A stretch of DNA of 64,000 bases from Hemiscyllium ocellatum (taxonomy: Eukaryota), in the NCBI RefSeq assembly GCF_020745735.1, contig NC_083423.1, positions 50,902,001-50,966,000 of the forward strand, written 5' to 3'. The translations under genes were made by a program, and so were the position numbers. This document shows positions 47,840-59,700 of this stretch, in pieces; position 1 is the stretch's first letter, and each line of letters starts with the position of its first letter. The notes beneath the pieces are model-generated. The model was not told the origin of the DNA, did no database searches, and worked only from the letters and a program-made list of their open reading frames with translations.

Positions 47840-50320
47840 TTCATGTTGATGAGGTAAATCAAACTGGAAAGGGTAGCAGCGTCAACAAATTCATAGAGTT
47901 TGGTATCGTTTCCCAGAGCAAAATGTATGGAGCCAACCAAGGAGCAGGTAATTTGGATCTGGTAAGGGGTAATGAGGTAGGTTTAATAAATGACCTCTGA
48001 GTAAAAGATCCCTTCAGAAATTGTGATCATAAGTTAATATTCAGTCTGACAGTAATAAATTTAGGTCAGAAACAGTCTCATTTAACTTAAATAAAGGAAA
48101 TTACAATGAAACGTGACTAGAGTTAGCTAAAGTGAACAAGCTGATAGATTAGTAGGAATGACAGTAGGCAGGTAATAGCAGGCATTTAAGGAAGTAATTT
48201 GTGACTGTCAGCAAAGATACATATCAGTAAAGAGGAAAGATTCTAAGAGAGGGATAAATAACCATGGCTAATCAAGGAAGTTACAAAGAGTATTAACCTG
48301 AAGAAAAAGCATATATGGAGGCCAAAGTCAATGTTAGCCCAGAAGATTGAGATAAATTCAGAATTCAGCAAAAGGAGGCCAAAAAAAAATATAAAGACAG
48401 ACAAAACTATTTAGTCGGTTTTGAGAAGATTTGTAGCTCAGGTTGAGGTACTGGATGTAAGCTTGCTTTCTGAGCTGGGAGGTTCATTTTCAGCCATTTC
48501 ATCACCATACTAGATAACATCATTAGTGAGCCACCAGTGAATGAAACATCTGAAAACAAACCTTCCAGCTCAGCGAGCAAACTTACATCCAGCCAAAACA
48601 TTAGTGAGGAATATAAAAACTGACAATAATAGCTTTTTTAGATATATAAAAAGGGAGCGAGATCAAAGTGAATAATGGCCCCTTGGAAAATAAATCTGGG
48701 GTCCAATTTGACAATGCCGACCAGATATCCTAGATTAATCTAGTCTCATTTGCCAGCATTTGGCTCATATCCCTCTAACCCTTTCCTGGTCATGTACCCA
48801 TTCAGATGTTTTTGGGTAATAAGGAAATGGTAGAGGAATTGAACAGATATGTTGCATCAGTCTTTATGGTGGAAGATACTTTGAGCATTCCATTAATACT
48901 GAAGAGCATTGGGGAGGAATTAAGTACTCACTAAAGAAGTGGTATTAGAAAAAAACTAACTGGCCTAAAGGCAGATGAGTCACCTCACCCTGATCGCTTG
49001 CATACTAGGATCCGAACAGAGCCAGCTACAAAGATAAGGGGATGCATTGATTGTACTAGAGAATTGGAAAACTGCCAAGGTGACACCCCTGTTCAGAAAG
49101 ACAGTATTGTTGGAAAAGTATTGAATTCAATTATTAAGGAAGTAGAACATTTAAAAAATCATAACTAATCAGAGTTAACATGGTTTCATGAAAGGGAAAT
49201 GGAGTCAGACAAATTTATTAGAGTTTCTCGAGGAAGACTCAACCAGAGTCTACTAAGGGGAACCAGTTGATGTGCTGCATTTGGACTTCAAGAACGTGTT
49301 TGACAAGACACCTCACAAAAGGTTCAATCATATGATAAGAGCCCCTGGTGTTAGAGATAGTACATTGGAATGGTTAGAAAATTGTAAAATGGATGGGAAG
49401 GAGTTCTTTTTCAGTTTGGCAACCTGTGACCAGAGGAGTTCCACAGGTTTCAGTTCTGGGATCACAACTGTTTACAATGTGTGTTAATGACTTGGATGAA
49501 GGGAGTGAATGTACTGTTGCCAAATTTGTAGACAACACAAAAAATAGGTGGAAAGGCAGGTTGCAGGAAGGATGCGAACCATTTACAGAGAATGGATAGG
49601 TTAAGTGGGCAAAATGTTGGCAAAGTATAATGTGGGAAAATGCAAAGTTGTTCATTTTGGAAAGTAGAACAAAAGAACAGAATATTACTCAAATGGAGAA
49701 AAACTGCAGAAAGTTGCAAAACAAAGGGACTTGGGTGGAATTATGCACAAAACACTAAAAGCTAGCACATGAAATGTTCGCCCTTCTTCCAAAGAGATTG
49801 AAGTATAATAGTAGGAAGTCTTACTACAATGTACAAGGTGCTTGTGAGACCACATCTGTGAGCAGTTTTGCTCTCCTTATATCATTTCATTGGAGGCAGT
49901 TCAGAGAAGGTGTACTAAGATGATCCCTGGCATGGAGGGATTGTCCTATGAGTAAAAGTTAAACAGGCTGGGATCCTACTCACTGCAGAATGAGAGTCAA
50001 TTTGATTGAAACCTACAGGATTCTTAAGGGGCTTGGCAGGTTAAAAGATGGGAGGATGTTTCCCCTCATGGGGTTGTCTAGAACCAGAGGGGAAAAAGCG
50101 GCATTAATTTAAGACTGAGATAAGGAGGAATTTCTTCTTTCCTAGGGTTGGGAGTCTTTAGAATTCCTTGCCATAGAGAGCTGTGGGGGAGGAGTCCTTG
50201 TGTATATTGAAGGCTGAGACAGATTCTTGATCAGTGGGGAATCAAATGTTGGGGGAAGGACAAGAAATTGGCCTGAATGGTGGAGCAGGTTAGGGGGCCA
50301 TATTTCTTATGGTCTTATGA
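47840..50320 (+). mobile_element. Long decayed CR1 ORF2 with nested insertions
   Basis: Collinear remnants LDLV, PWL, WK.A.VTP.F.K, HGF.KG, LDF.N.FDK, GVPQ.SVLG, KF.D.TK and QRR.T.MIPGM.GLSY, then a 3' tail. Nested PLE hairpin at 48417 and CR1 tail at ~48700-48810. Confidence 0.8.
48417..48592 (-). mobile_element. Fold-back element from an unrelated PLE family (Poseidon-like end) with decayed hammerhead motif
   Basis: Inverted arms 48451-48502/48541-48592 and tail 48417-48450. Minus strand reads caCTaATGA-t-gttatc(tagtat)ggtgat-GAAA. Degenerate duplication caaaac(t)att(t)agt on both sides. Confidence 0.72.
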
Positions 50321-50559
50321 TTCAGCACCATATTTTTTTTATTTGTTTTTCTCTCTCTTTCCAGACGGGCTTCCAGCTCCGATATTGTTGCGGCTGCAGC
50401 TGGAGATACCTGGCACTGACAACATACCTCTCTGAACAGTTCGACATGGAAAATATCTTTGAAGTTTGAGGATTGCTGAGCTGACATTGCAGGGCGGGCT
50501 CTGACTCTGAGGAGTCTACAGGCTTCCATCCCCCACCACCGCTGTCCTGCAGCTAACTC

Positions 50560-50727
50560 CGCGGGGGTCCTTCAACTCGTCCAATCACCGAGACTGACAT
50601 GTGGCCCCTTTGGGACCAGACGTCCCGCCGGAGGGACCTGTCGGAGAGCATTTAAAGAGGCAAAGACTAGCGCATAACGCACACATACACACACTTTGCC
50701 TGCAAAGTGGACATTGAGGAACAGGAG
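50560..50727 (+). promoter_or_regulatory. Putative SPX proximal promoter / 5' UTR
   Basis: CCAAT at 50581, CRE-like GACGTC near 50619, TATA-like TTTAAA at 50651-50656, ~75 nt upstream of the ATG. Confidence 0.5.
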
Positions 50728-50733
50728 ATGAAG
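50728..50733 (+). CDS. SPX: SPX coding exon 1 (MK)
   Basis: gagATGAAG|gtgag; the two-codon first coding exon is typical of spexin genes. Confidence 0.82.
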
Positions 50734-51074
50734 GTGAGAGAGAGAGAGAGATTTACTATGTTGTCCTTCCTGCTTCACTGTATTGGATTACAGACTGATT
50801 TAAACGGTTTGGGAATATCCCATCTCCAGCACGGGCAGATTCTGAAGGGGGTCTGCTCCTTTGGAGAGATCAATGACTTTCTTCAGAATGTGTACCAACA
50901 AGCGCCACTCTGGGCTCAGACTTAATTGTAAAAGTTTTTTTTCCCCCAGACAGAGAAAGTGAAAAGGAATGTTTCTTCCTTTTTAGTTGCTTTGAGAATT
51001 ACTTTTTGACAGAACAGCACTGCAGGAAGTTGCCCGGGACATTCACTGAGCTGTTCCCTCTCTTTCTTGTGCAG

Positions 51075-51155
51075 GGTCTGGGAGTTGTCACCGTTCACAC
51101 TCTCCTGATGCTGCTTCTAACTTCATTCCTGGTGCAAGCTAGGGGCGCCCCGCAG
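51075..51155 (+). CDS. SPX: SPX coding exon 2 (signal peptide)
   Basis: tgtgcag|GLGVVTVHTLLMLLLTSFLVQARGAPQ|gtacac; hydrophobic core ending in APQ as in human spexin. Confidence 0.92.
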
Positions 51156-51270
51156 GTACACCCCCATTCAGCGGCTCTCTCAACCCTCAGCTCGTTTAAC
51201 GCGTTCACACTCCGCACTCCACACTCTTTGCAAACAAACACTGACCAGTTGATGCTTCTTGTTTGTGTAG

Positions 51271-51328
51271 GATCGCTTTCAGAGACGTAACTGGACACCG
51301 CAGGCAATGCTGTATTTGAAAGGAGCAC
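51271..51328 (+). CDS. SPX: SPX coding exon 3 (RR-NWTPQAMLYLKGA)
   Basis: gtgtag|DRFQRRNWTPQAMLYLKGA|gtaagt; contains the diagnostic mature spexin sequence. Confidence 0.98.
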
Positions 51329-52184
51329 GTAAGTGAACCCTGAATTAAACTGGCCTCTTCACAGCGCTGCTCCAAGTTGGATTTTGGATTTGTACAGTAT
51401 TTATTTCTTAAATACTTGCTTTAACAGGGGTTCAAACATTGACATTTTGCCTAGTCCTCGTTTCTGAATGCAGAAATAAGCTTCGACAGATGCTGCCTGA
51501 CCTGCTGAGTTTTTCCAGCAGTTCCTGATTTCTATTATCCGTGGGTCTTTCTTTCTAAGGGTCTACTGAACTTGAGGCGTTAACCGGTTTTTCTCGCTCT
51601 CTCTCTCTACTGATGCTGGCAGATCCACCGAGTTTCTCCAGCACTTTCTGTTTTCTGTTTGTGATAGGCTAGTAAGGATTGGAACAGTAATATTTTTATG
51701 ACTGCCCGGAGACTGCAGAGTTCTGTCGCATTAATTATTATAAAATTTATCATATAAATTACGAATATCATGTTTTGGTATAACTATTGCATAACTGTGT
51801 GCATTATCATAGTGGGTTAAACCTAATAGTTTTGGTGTTTTTTAAACAATGAAATCTAAATACCGTTGATCCCATAATAGTTGATGGACTGATTGAGCTT
51901 TATTAACTTCCTCGCGTTCATATGCGATAAATCCTTCCGATAATAAACCATCTCAGGTCTGTTTAGTTTAGTTTTAAACTGTGGAGGACAAATGGAATGC
52001 CCCCTCAACTGACCGAGGTTGAGAAGTAATGAGTCAACTGGGAGGTGGGTTTGGAAAGGCCGGGAAATCGAAAGGGCACAATTTTAAATTCATTTGCGCT
52101 GGTCTTGCCTGACTACAACTGCCGAGTGTGTTTGATAATGGGAATTAAAGATTTCCCATTTCCGGTGAGCCAGCCAATATTCCT

Positions 52185-52325
52185 AAAGTCCGGATGAAGG
52201 GTCATCTCGACTCGAAACGTTAGCCTGCTCTCTCCCCACGGCTGCTGCCTGACCTCTTGTGATTTCCAGTACTTTTTGTTTTTGTTTTTTTAGTACAGAT
52301 TCCAGCATCTGCAGTAAGTTGCTCC
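52185..52325 (+). mobile_element. PLE-like 3' end with mutated hammerhead motif in SPX intron 3
   Basis: CgGATGA-A-GGGTC(ATCTC)GACTC-GAAACGTT at 52191-52221, followed by gctgcctgacct..ttccagcatctgcagt. Older related fragments at ~51485-51660. Confidence 0.65.
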
Positions 52326-52472
52326 TAAAACTCGTGGTTAGCAGAAAAATTCACAAAATGAAAGGCTGCCGGTTTAAACAAAGTCACCCTGGGTAGGATT
52401 GTGAGACTTCTACAGAGAAACATGTTTGAAAAAAATAGCATTTCAAATGTCCCTTTACAATTCTCATTACAG

Positions 52473-52538
52473 AGGGACGTCGGTTCATCGCGGATAATGG
52501 TGACGATGGTGGTGACCTCTTTGAAAATATAGATATTG
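52473..52538 (+). CDS. SPX: SPX coding exon 4 (QGRRFIAD...)
   Basis: cattacag|; completes Q-GRR, the amidation/cleavage site; donor G|gtaaga. Confidence 0.95.
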
Positions 52539-52589
52539 GTAAGAGATAAAATTAGATGCATATTCGGTTAGAAATGTCTTAACATCCTG

Positions 52590-52875
52590 GTTTAGGGTGA
52601 GAGGGGAAAGATATAAGAGAGACCTAAGGGACAACTTTTTCACACAGAGGGTGGTACGGGTATGGAATATGAGCTGCCAGAGGATGTGGTGGAGGCTGGT
52701 ACAATTTCAACATTTAAGAGGCATTTGGATGGGTATATGAATAGGAAGGGTTTGGAGGGATATGGGCCGGGTGCTGGCAGGTGGGACTAGATTGGGTTGG
52801 GATACCTGGTCAGCATGGACAGGTTAGACCGAAGGATCTGTTTCTATGCTGTACATCTCTATGACTCTGACTCTA
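52590..52875 (+). mobile_element. CR1 LINE 3' tail in SPX intron 4
   Basis: Near-identical to 27253-27530. Confidence 0.88.
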
Positions 52876-52973
52876 TCCTTGCTGCGCCCCTATACTTGTA
52901 TAGCTGTGATTCATGTTATTTTTAACCCAGTAATCCATTGTACAGAGATAATCGTTCTATTGTCTGTTGTCAG

Positions 52974-53060
52974 AAACCAGAAGCCAAAACACCAACCCAT
53001 TAACTCTATCGGAAGCCACAGCGATGCTCCTGGCTTCCATCAGACAGGCACAGCAAGAAG
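52974..53060 (+). CDS. SPX: SPX coding exon 5
   Basis: tgttgtcag|ETRSQNTNPLTLSEATAMLLASIRQAQQE|gtaagt; similar to human ERRSPNPQLLTIPEAATILLASLQK. Confidence 0.93.
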
Positions 53061-53536
53061 GTAAGTGTTTTTTTTTAAGGTAGATGATCAAATGTTTATT
53101 GTTCACGGGGCATGTAGACTTACAAACCTGCAACATAAATGAGTGGGAAGACCAACGGTCATTCATTTGCTTGTCTCACTGCCTGTGCTCCCCAGCCTGC
53201 AGTAATGTTAACCCGTGAACAGTTCAGATTCTGTTTAACCACATTGTGAGGTCACTGCAACAGCTGCAAGGAAATCTATGACTAAAGTGAATCCAGCAGT
53301 TTGCTGTTTTCCTGTGTCATTAGCGTGTTCAGTATGAAGGGATAAGGTTTCAGGTCGAAGTTTGCACCAGGGATTCTAGATTATACTGGAAACTTACTGT
53401 TCAGTTATGTACCATGTGTCAGAACACACGGAGTGTGGATAGGTCCTTTTCTGATTTTACTTCTGTTGGAAATAGACTACCACAGCCAGACTCATTTAGG
53501 GCCAAATGAAGCAACACAGTAAACCCATGATCCCAT

Positions 53537-53836
53537 GGGCACAGTGGCAAAGTGGCACTGCTGCCTCACAGCATCAGAGACCTGGATTCAACTCCCGCCT
53601 CAGGCTACTGACTGTGTGGAGTTTGTACATTCGCCCCGTGTCTGCATGGGTTTGCTCCAGTTTCCTCCCACAGTCCAAAAATGTGCAGGTTAGGTGAATT
53701 GGCTATACTAAATTGCCTGTAGTGTTGGGTGATGGGGTATATGTAGGACAATGGGTCTGGGTGGGTTGCTCTTTGGAGGGTCGGTGTGGACTTGTTGGCC
53801 CGAAGGGCCTGTTTCCACACTAAGTAATCAAATCTA
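53537..53836 (+). mobile_element. tRNA-derived SINE in SPX intron 5
   Basis: B box ggttcaactcc, SINE core, tail taagtaatcaaatcta. Confidence 0.85.
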
Positions 53837-55213
53837 AAAGGAGGAACTGGATAGCTATAATAGGTTCCCAACCTTCTCTATCCTGTACTCCCTTCAAATA
53901 TATATTCATAGGCAATCAATAGGGGAGGATTTATCCAATGTTGCCCACTTTTAATTGTAATGTGGCAGCATTTACTAAAACATTCATTTCACTACTGCCA
54001 TGAACCCTCTATCATCCCACCCTCCAAATATGAAAGTAAGAGAATGTTATCAAACTCTTTGACAACAGTAGGCATCACTGCAAAGCTTAATTTTTGTCTT
54101 CAGGAACATATTCAGAGAGTTAGAAAATATCAAATTTTCTACTAATATTATTCCCTATCCACTTCCACGAGAGCAAGCCTGGTTATTTATGACACCAACA
54201 CCAGGGGCCTACAAGTAGCTCATCGCAGACCAGAATTAAACCTGACAGCGTCTTGGTCAGTAAGGCAGGCATGACGCTAGTCAGTACATTCCACTCACTG
54301 ATGCATTAGGACATTCATACACAGGTATAGAATTAAAAAGACCACATGGTATGATTTGAGAAAGAGCAAGGGAGTGATGCCATGTCAAACCAGCTCACCA
54401 AAGCACATTAACTGCTTATGGATCTTATTTGCTGTTTTGTGGGCCCTTGTCACATACTCGTTGGCTGCTACACTTTCCTTTCAAAATAATGGACTTCAAC
54501 ATTCGTTCATGGGTTGTGGGTTGGTTTGGTACAGCGAGGTGCTACATCAGTTCAAGTCAATTTACAGTCATTGCTCATATAGAAAAGTGGAAGCCTGCCT
54601 GACCTGAAGGTGGAGGAGCAAGTAGTACAAGTGAAATGCTTAAAAGTCAGTAAGAGGTACCTTTAACCTGTTTGTTGCTTTCTTTACATAAGTTACTTAA
54701 TAAATTGCAAGATACAGGGATAATGCCAAAGGCGTAAAGATTCTGCAAATGTTATATTTTTACTTATATTTTTCCAATATCTTATGATATCACTGAAGCA
54801 GGTGAGACTTGAATCCATGCCTCCTGGCCAGAGGTGGGGCATTACCACTGCACCAAAAGATACCTCTCAGCAAACCTTATTTTTTATTAATTTAACCTAT
54901 TTCTCTAATCAATCTGTTCAGAGATATTATTACATAGCTCAGGGGCAGGTGGAATATGAACCTGGGGCCCTGGTCCAGGGGCACTGATACTACTACTACA
55001 CCACAGAGATCCCCTCTGCAGACTTTATACATTTGTTTGAAGAAATAGGTAAGCTTAGCAGTCAATTTAATATCATCAACACAATATCCTTTGGAAAAAA
55101 AATCTAGGAGAAATTAACAGACACACACGGATATTAAAACAGCTTTCCACTAGCTTTTTAAAAACAACAATCTAACTTGATTGGAGATTTTTGACAAGGT
55201 AATAGAGGAAGGA

Positions 55214-55422
55214 GGAGAAAGTGAGGACTGCAGATGCTGGAGATCAGAGCTGAAAATGTGTTGCTGGAAAAGCGCAGGTCAGGCAGCATCCAAGGAGCAG
55301 GAGAATCGACGTTTCGGGCATGAGTCCTTCTTCAAGAAGGGCTCATGCCCGAAACGTCGATTCTCCTGCTCCTTGGATGCTGCCTGACCTGCTCGCTTTT
55401 CCAGCAACACATTTTCAGCTCT
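55214..55422 (-). mobile_element. PLE-derived fold-back element (CUGAAGA-type family) in SPX intron 5
   Basis: Inverted arms 55246-55332/55334-55422 with a 1-nt centre; tail ~55214-55245; partial duplication TAATAGAGRAA at 55200-55210/55422-55432. Confidence 0.88.
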
Positions 55423-56299
55423 AATAGAGAAACTAGACAAATGCAATGTTAAAATGGTGTTTGACAAGGAATCACATTAGCCTTTTTAAGAGGTCTTGTG
55501 GTGCTTTCAAATTAGAGCTATGCAGGTTTATGTTAGTCGAGGAATTGTCCTGAAGGATCAATGAACCAAAGAATGGTTGTTACTTTCCATTTGCAAAAAT
55601 AGGTATGTGTACACACGTGGCACCTGTTGTTTCAACTGATCAAAGTGAGGAATAGCCAAAATGTTTTTCATTTTCAGCAATGCTCAAGTTTTGCACTACC
55701 AAATGACAATCTGTAGTATGAAAAAACAAATTGGTGGGGTATGGGAAATGAGCCAGCAAAAGGACTAGCTAAATTGCTCATTAGCCAAGACTGTGCAGAC
55801 TTGAAGGGATGAATGGCCTCTTTCTGTATAATCCTGCTGTACAGCTTAATTTGTGGCCTTCTCCATCCTGGATTTACCTTACCCTACTAAAAATTGGCTT
55901 TATCACAACTTGTTTGCTGTACTTAGACAAAGATTTATCGTAATCACAGTAATGTTTTTAATAAGATCCATTTTAATGATAGCCAAATGAATTCTATTAC
56001 CTAAAGTCTTCATGGTAATGCAGATAGGTACCAAATGTTGTTTGAGTAAGTCGAACAGAAATCAAAAACTCAAAAGATGTTGTTTCTCTTCAACTAGGAC
56101 AGGGACAAAATGGGAGGATGGACACTTAAATAAATCAGTAGCAGGAATAAGTGAGGTTTTATTGTAGGGTGCAGTTAATATGAGGAATCCTTCAGATACA
56201 AGTTGAACCTAAAAATTAGCAAATACCTAATTTGCTCATTCTAATGGATTTGAACAATAACCTCTATGAACTGTCACACACTTTTTGTTTTAATTACAG

Positions 56300-56370
56300 G
56301 TGAGAATGAGGAAAGGGCACAACAGCATTTTTGGCAAGAGAACCCGAATTGGAGAAAATTACTCTTCTAA
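56300..56370 (+). CDS. SPX: SPX coding exon 6 (terminal)
   Basis: taattacag|; phase-compatible; encodes GENEERAQQHFWQENPNWRKLLF*, retaining the C-terminal NW of spexin precursors. AATAAA at 56741. Confidence 0.8.
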
Positions 56371-56740
56371 CCTTTTGACATACTTCTACTCACTTGGGTT
56401 TTCTCACTTCTACCCACTAGATTTCATCTATGTGCACTGTGACTCTGTACCACTTGGTTACCAAAAATGTCTAAGTTACTGATGCATTGTACATGACAAG
56501 GTATAGTTTTCATAACCTCTCTGAAATGTAGAATTGTTTAATGAATTAAAAGTCCTTGAATGTTAATCATTACTGTTGAGAGTTAGGATTTCGAAAATTC
56601 CATTTAGCTCAACATTAGCTAAATTTAAATCATACCCAGACTAATTAGGAAGAACAAAAAAATCTTTTCTTCATCGAATGGTCAGCATTTTTGATACTTT
56701 TTCAAATTACACAAGTCTTAAAATATGTAGATCACTGTAT

Positions 56741-56746
56741 AATAAA
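56741..56746 (+). terminator. Candidate SPX polyadenylation signal
   Basis: First AATAAA seen after the stop codon, ~370 nt downstream. Confidence 0.45.
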
Positions 56747-59700
56747 TAATCCGGGAACATGCACAAACAGCTATTTTAATGTAGCATACCTATGAAAAGT
56801 GAAAGGTAGGAGACTAGCTTTTAGAATTATTTGCTTCTGTGTATATTTACTTCACTTTGGCTTGAGTGCATATTGTACACCCAAGACCACTGTAAAGTTG
56901 GTTGGTCAGTCAAGTTCATATCACTCCTGTCAAGATCAGGGTAACCGAAAACCGAAGAAATTGGTTACTGCTGAGACAAAAGAAAACTTGGGTTTGGACA
57001 GTGAAAAAAGGAGATAATGACAAGAACAGCTGCCCTTGTTGGAGAGGGATAATGATCATTAGGAGGATGCTTGTGGTGCAGTTGTAATGTCCCTATCTCT
57101 GGACCAGGAGACCAGGTTCAAGTCCCTCTTGCTTCAGAAGTGCGTAATAACATCTCTGAACTGGTTGACTCATTTCAACCAGGTATTTTTTTTGTGCTGG
57201 CTGACCAGGATACGGAGGAAAACTGCTCTCCTCTTCTTTGGATTTGCCATGCAATCTTTACCATTGGTAAATAAGAATATAAAAACAGAATATTATTCAA
57301 ATAGAGGGGTCTGGGAGTTGTCCGACATCAATTACAAATGGCTAACACTGGAGATACAGCCAGTAACAAAAGGAGATAGTTCAGAGAAGGTTCACACGAC
57401 TGATTCCTAGGAATGAAGGGGCTAATTTATTAGGAAAGATAACTCTAATGGATGTAGGCCCAAACTGCTTTAAGAGTAAGAAAGATGTCCTCATTGAAAC
57501 ATAAGAACATAGAATATTACAGTGCAGTACAAGCCCTTCGGCTCTTGATGTTGCACTGACCTGTCATACCAATCTGAAGCCCATCTAACCTACACTATTC
57601 CACGTACGTCCATATGCTTGTATTTGACAGGGTATTTGCTGAAAGGATATTTCCCTCACAATGTTCCAAAATGAGGGGGCGGAGTTTCAAAACAAAGGAA
57701 TTCTTATTTAAGCTGGAGAGAAGGAATTTCCTCTGAAGCCATATTTGCCAACTCTATTCTGCAGAGAGCAGTGGAGGCTGGTTCATTGCATGTGTTCAAG
57801 GCTAAGCTAGCCAGGGAAGTCAGGCATTATAGGAACCAACAAAAAGTGGAGTTAATGTCAGATCAGAACCACCATAATCTGGATGGCTGGTGGAGCAGAC
57901 TCGAGGGCTGGTATAGATTATCCCTGCTCCTGTCACTTATGTCTCACATGTAGCTGCAAAGGGCAGGGTGTTTGGTTCTGCAGTAGTTATCAGTGAGTGC
58001 ACGCTTGTGTACTTGAAATGGAATTTAAAAACTTAATTTACAGGGGCAAGGGTACTACTCACTGAGCCACAGCTAATGCCTATCATGGGTTACCAAATAT
58101 CCTCAGGGAAGACTGGGAAAAATATGATTAAAAATACCATCATGAAAAAAATGTCAGCAACTTCAGGATTTCATGACACTTATTGCACAGTGAAGTAACA
58201 TGGGAATAGATTGACATGAATCAGGTGTAGATGACAATCTAACAAACAATACAAGCCTAGATATTGTGTTTTCAACAGAATATATTAAAAGTAAACCATA
58301 TGGCTTCTCCACATTCTAGTAATATTTAGTAGTAACTGAGGTATCGATTGGGTATTTCAGTGTTAAAGGCATTAATATTAGATTAACTTAATGTTAAAGG
58401 CCAATTGGAAAAGGCATCAAACCTGTTGTTCTCTTTTAATCTAATATCCCAACATCTGGGAAAAAAAATGACCTTTGACACAACCTATCCAATCTGAAAA
58501 ATCAAAAGAATTCCAAACCACTAGTTTGCTGCCATTTATGCTCTCAAAGTAATTATTATTGGCAGTTAACTGTAACTGAATTAAAAACAGTGAAGATGGT
58601 GCTGATGGTACCACAGTTCACTTGGGGAGTTCTACATTGCTGTGGTAACATATACCTTTTGCATGCATGTTGGATTCTAGAGCCATGGATAGTGAGTACA
58701 AAGGGTAAAACATTCCTTCCATCAAATGGCTGGCCAGGAATGTTTGTTGTTCTTACTGCCTACCATTAACATTGGAAGATTTTCCAATTGGTAACTTGGA
58801 TGGAAAGGTTGATTTGTGAACGCACCCTGTCATTCAGTCCTGGGGTTTACACTCAAACCTGCAGCTTCTGATATACAGGCTGAGAAACTATCCATTCTGC
58901 TACAAGACCTTTGCTCTTCAGAATCTCTAGGTGAACTTAATTGCAAAACAGCAAAGAGATTAAACTAGTGCATTGGGCGTATTAAATGATGCTTGCAAAT
59001 TAAATCAACAGCCAGTCACCATGACTACTTCTGTGCTGAAACTTGATTATGCTATATGGATCAATTAATGTTGCAAATATAGAAAGTTCCCATTAAAAGC
59101 AATCTGTGAAGACCATCTGTATGTTAATCACATTCATTCCAAAATCACCTTTGGATTTTCATAAATCAGTCAATTCCTAGGAATGGAAAAGTTATATTTG
59201 CTCCATTGATTATATGGCTCATTAAGACTTCTATTGTCCTTTGCCCTGACCACAATATAGTATCACATTTGGAATCTAAACTTTGCAATAGGTATCTGGA
59301 GCTTCAGACAATAGTTGAGCCTAGGGCTATGACTGTGCTCAAGACATCTGGCCCACTAACTTGCGGCTGATCACATTTCCCTATCTACCCTTCACTAACA
59401 AAGTGATTTTCTGCTTTATTCCTGTCTATTATTACAAACCTCTGTTGCAAATTTTGGAAATAACTTTCTTGCCAAGCACGTTCGGTAATAATCAAGCCAA
59501 AAAATATGTCTCTGTTCAACGCTGACTCAGGAAGATATAAACCAAGGGTTTACTGGGTCTTTGCTTTTTAAGATGACGACAATGCACAAAACAAAGCTTT
59601 CTCACTCTCTTGTGGTCTTGCCACAAAAGTAATCAATTTCTTGCACTATTTCACCTTCACAGTTTCACATCAGACAGCAGTGGAAATCTACTGAATGTCA

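Larger units (their letters stand above)
50728..56370 (+). other. SPX: SPX gene span (coding): join(50728..50733,51075..51155,51271..51328,52473..52538,52974..53060,56300..56370); spexin prepropeptide, 122 aa
   Basis: Spliced CDS of 369 nt, GT-AG introns, intron phases 0,0,1,1,1: MKGLGVVTVHTLLMLLLTSFLVQARGAPQDRFQRRNWTPQAMLYLKGAQGRRFIADNGDDGGDLFENIDIETRSQNTNPLTLSEATAMLLASIRQAQQEGENEERAQQHFWQENPNWRKLLF*. Lies between GOLT1B and GYS2. Confidence 0.93.
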
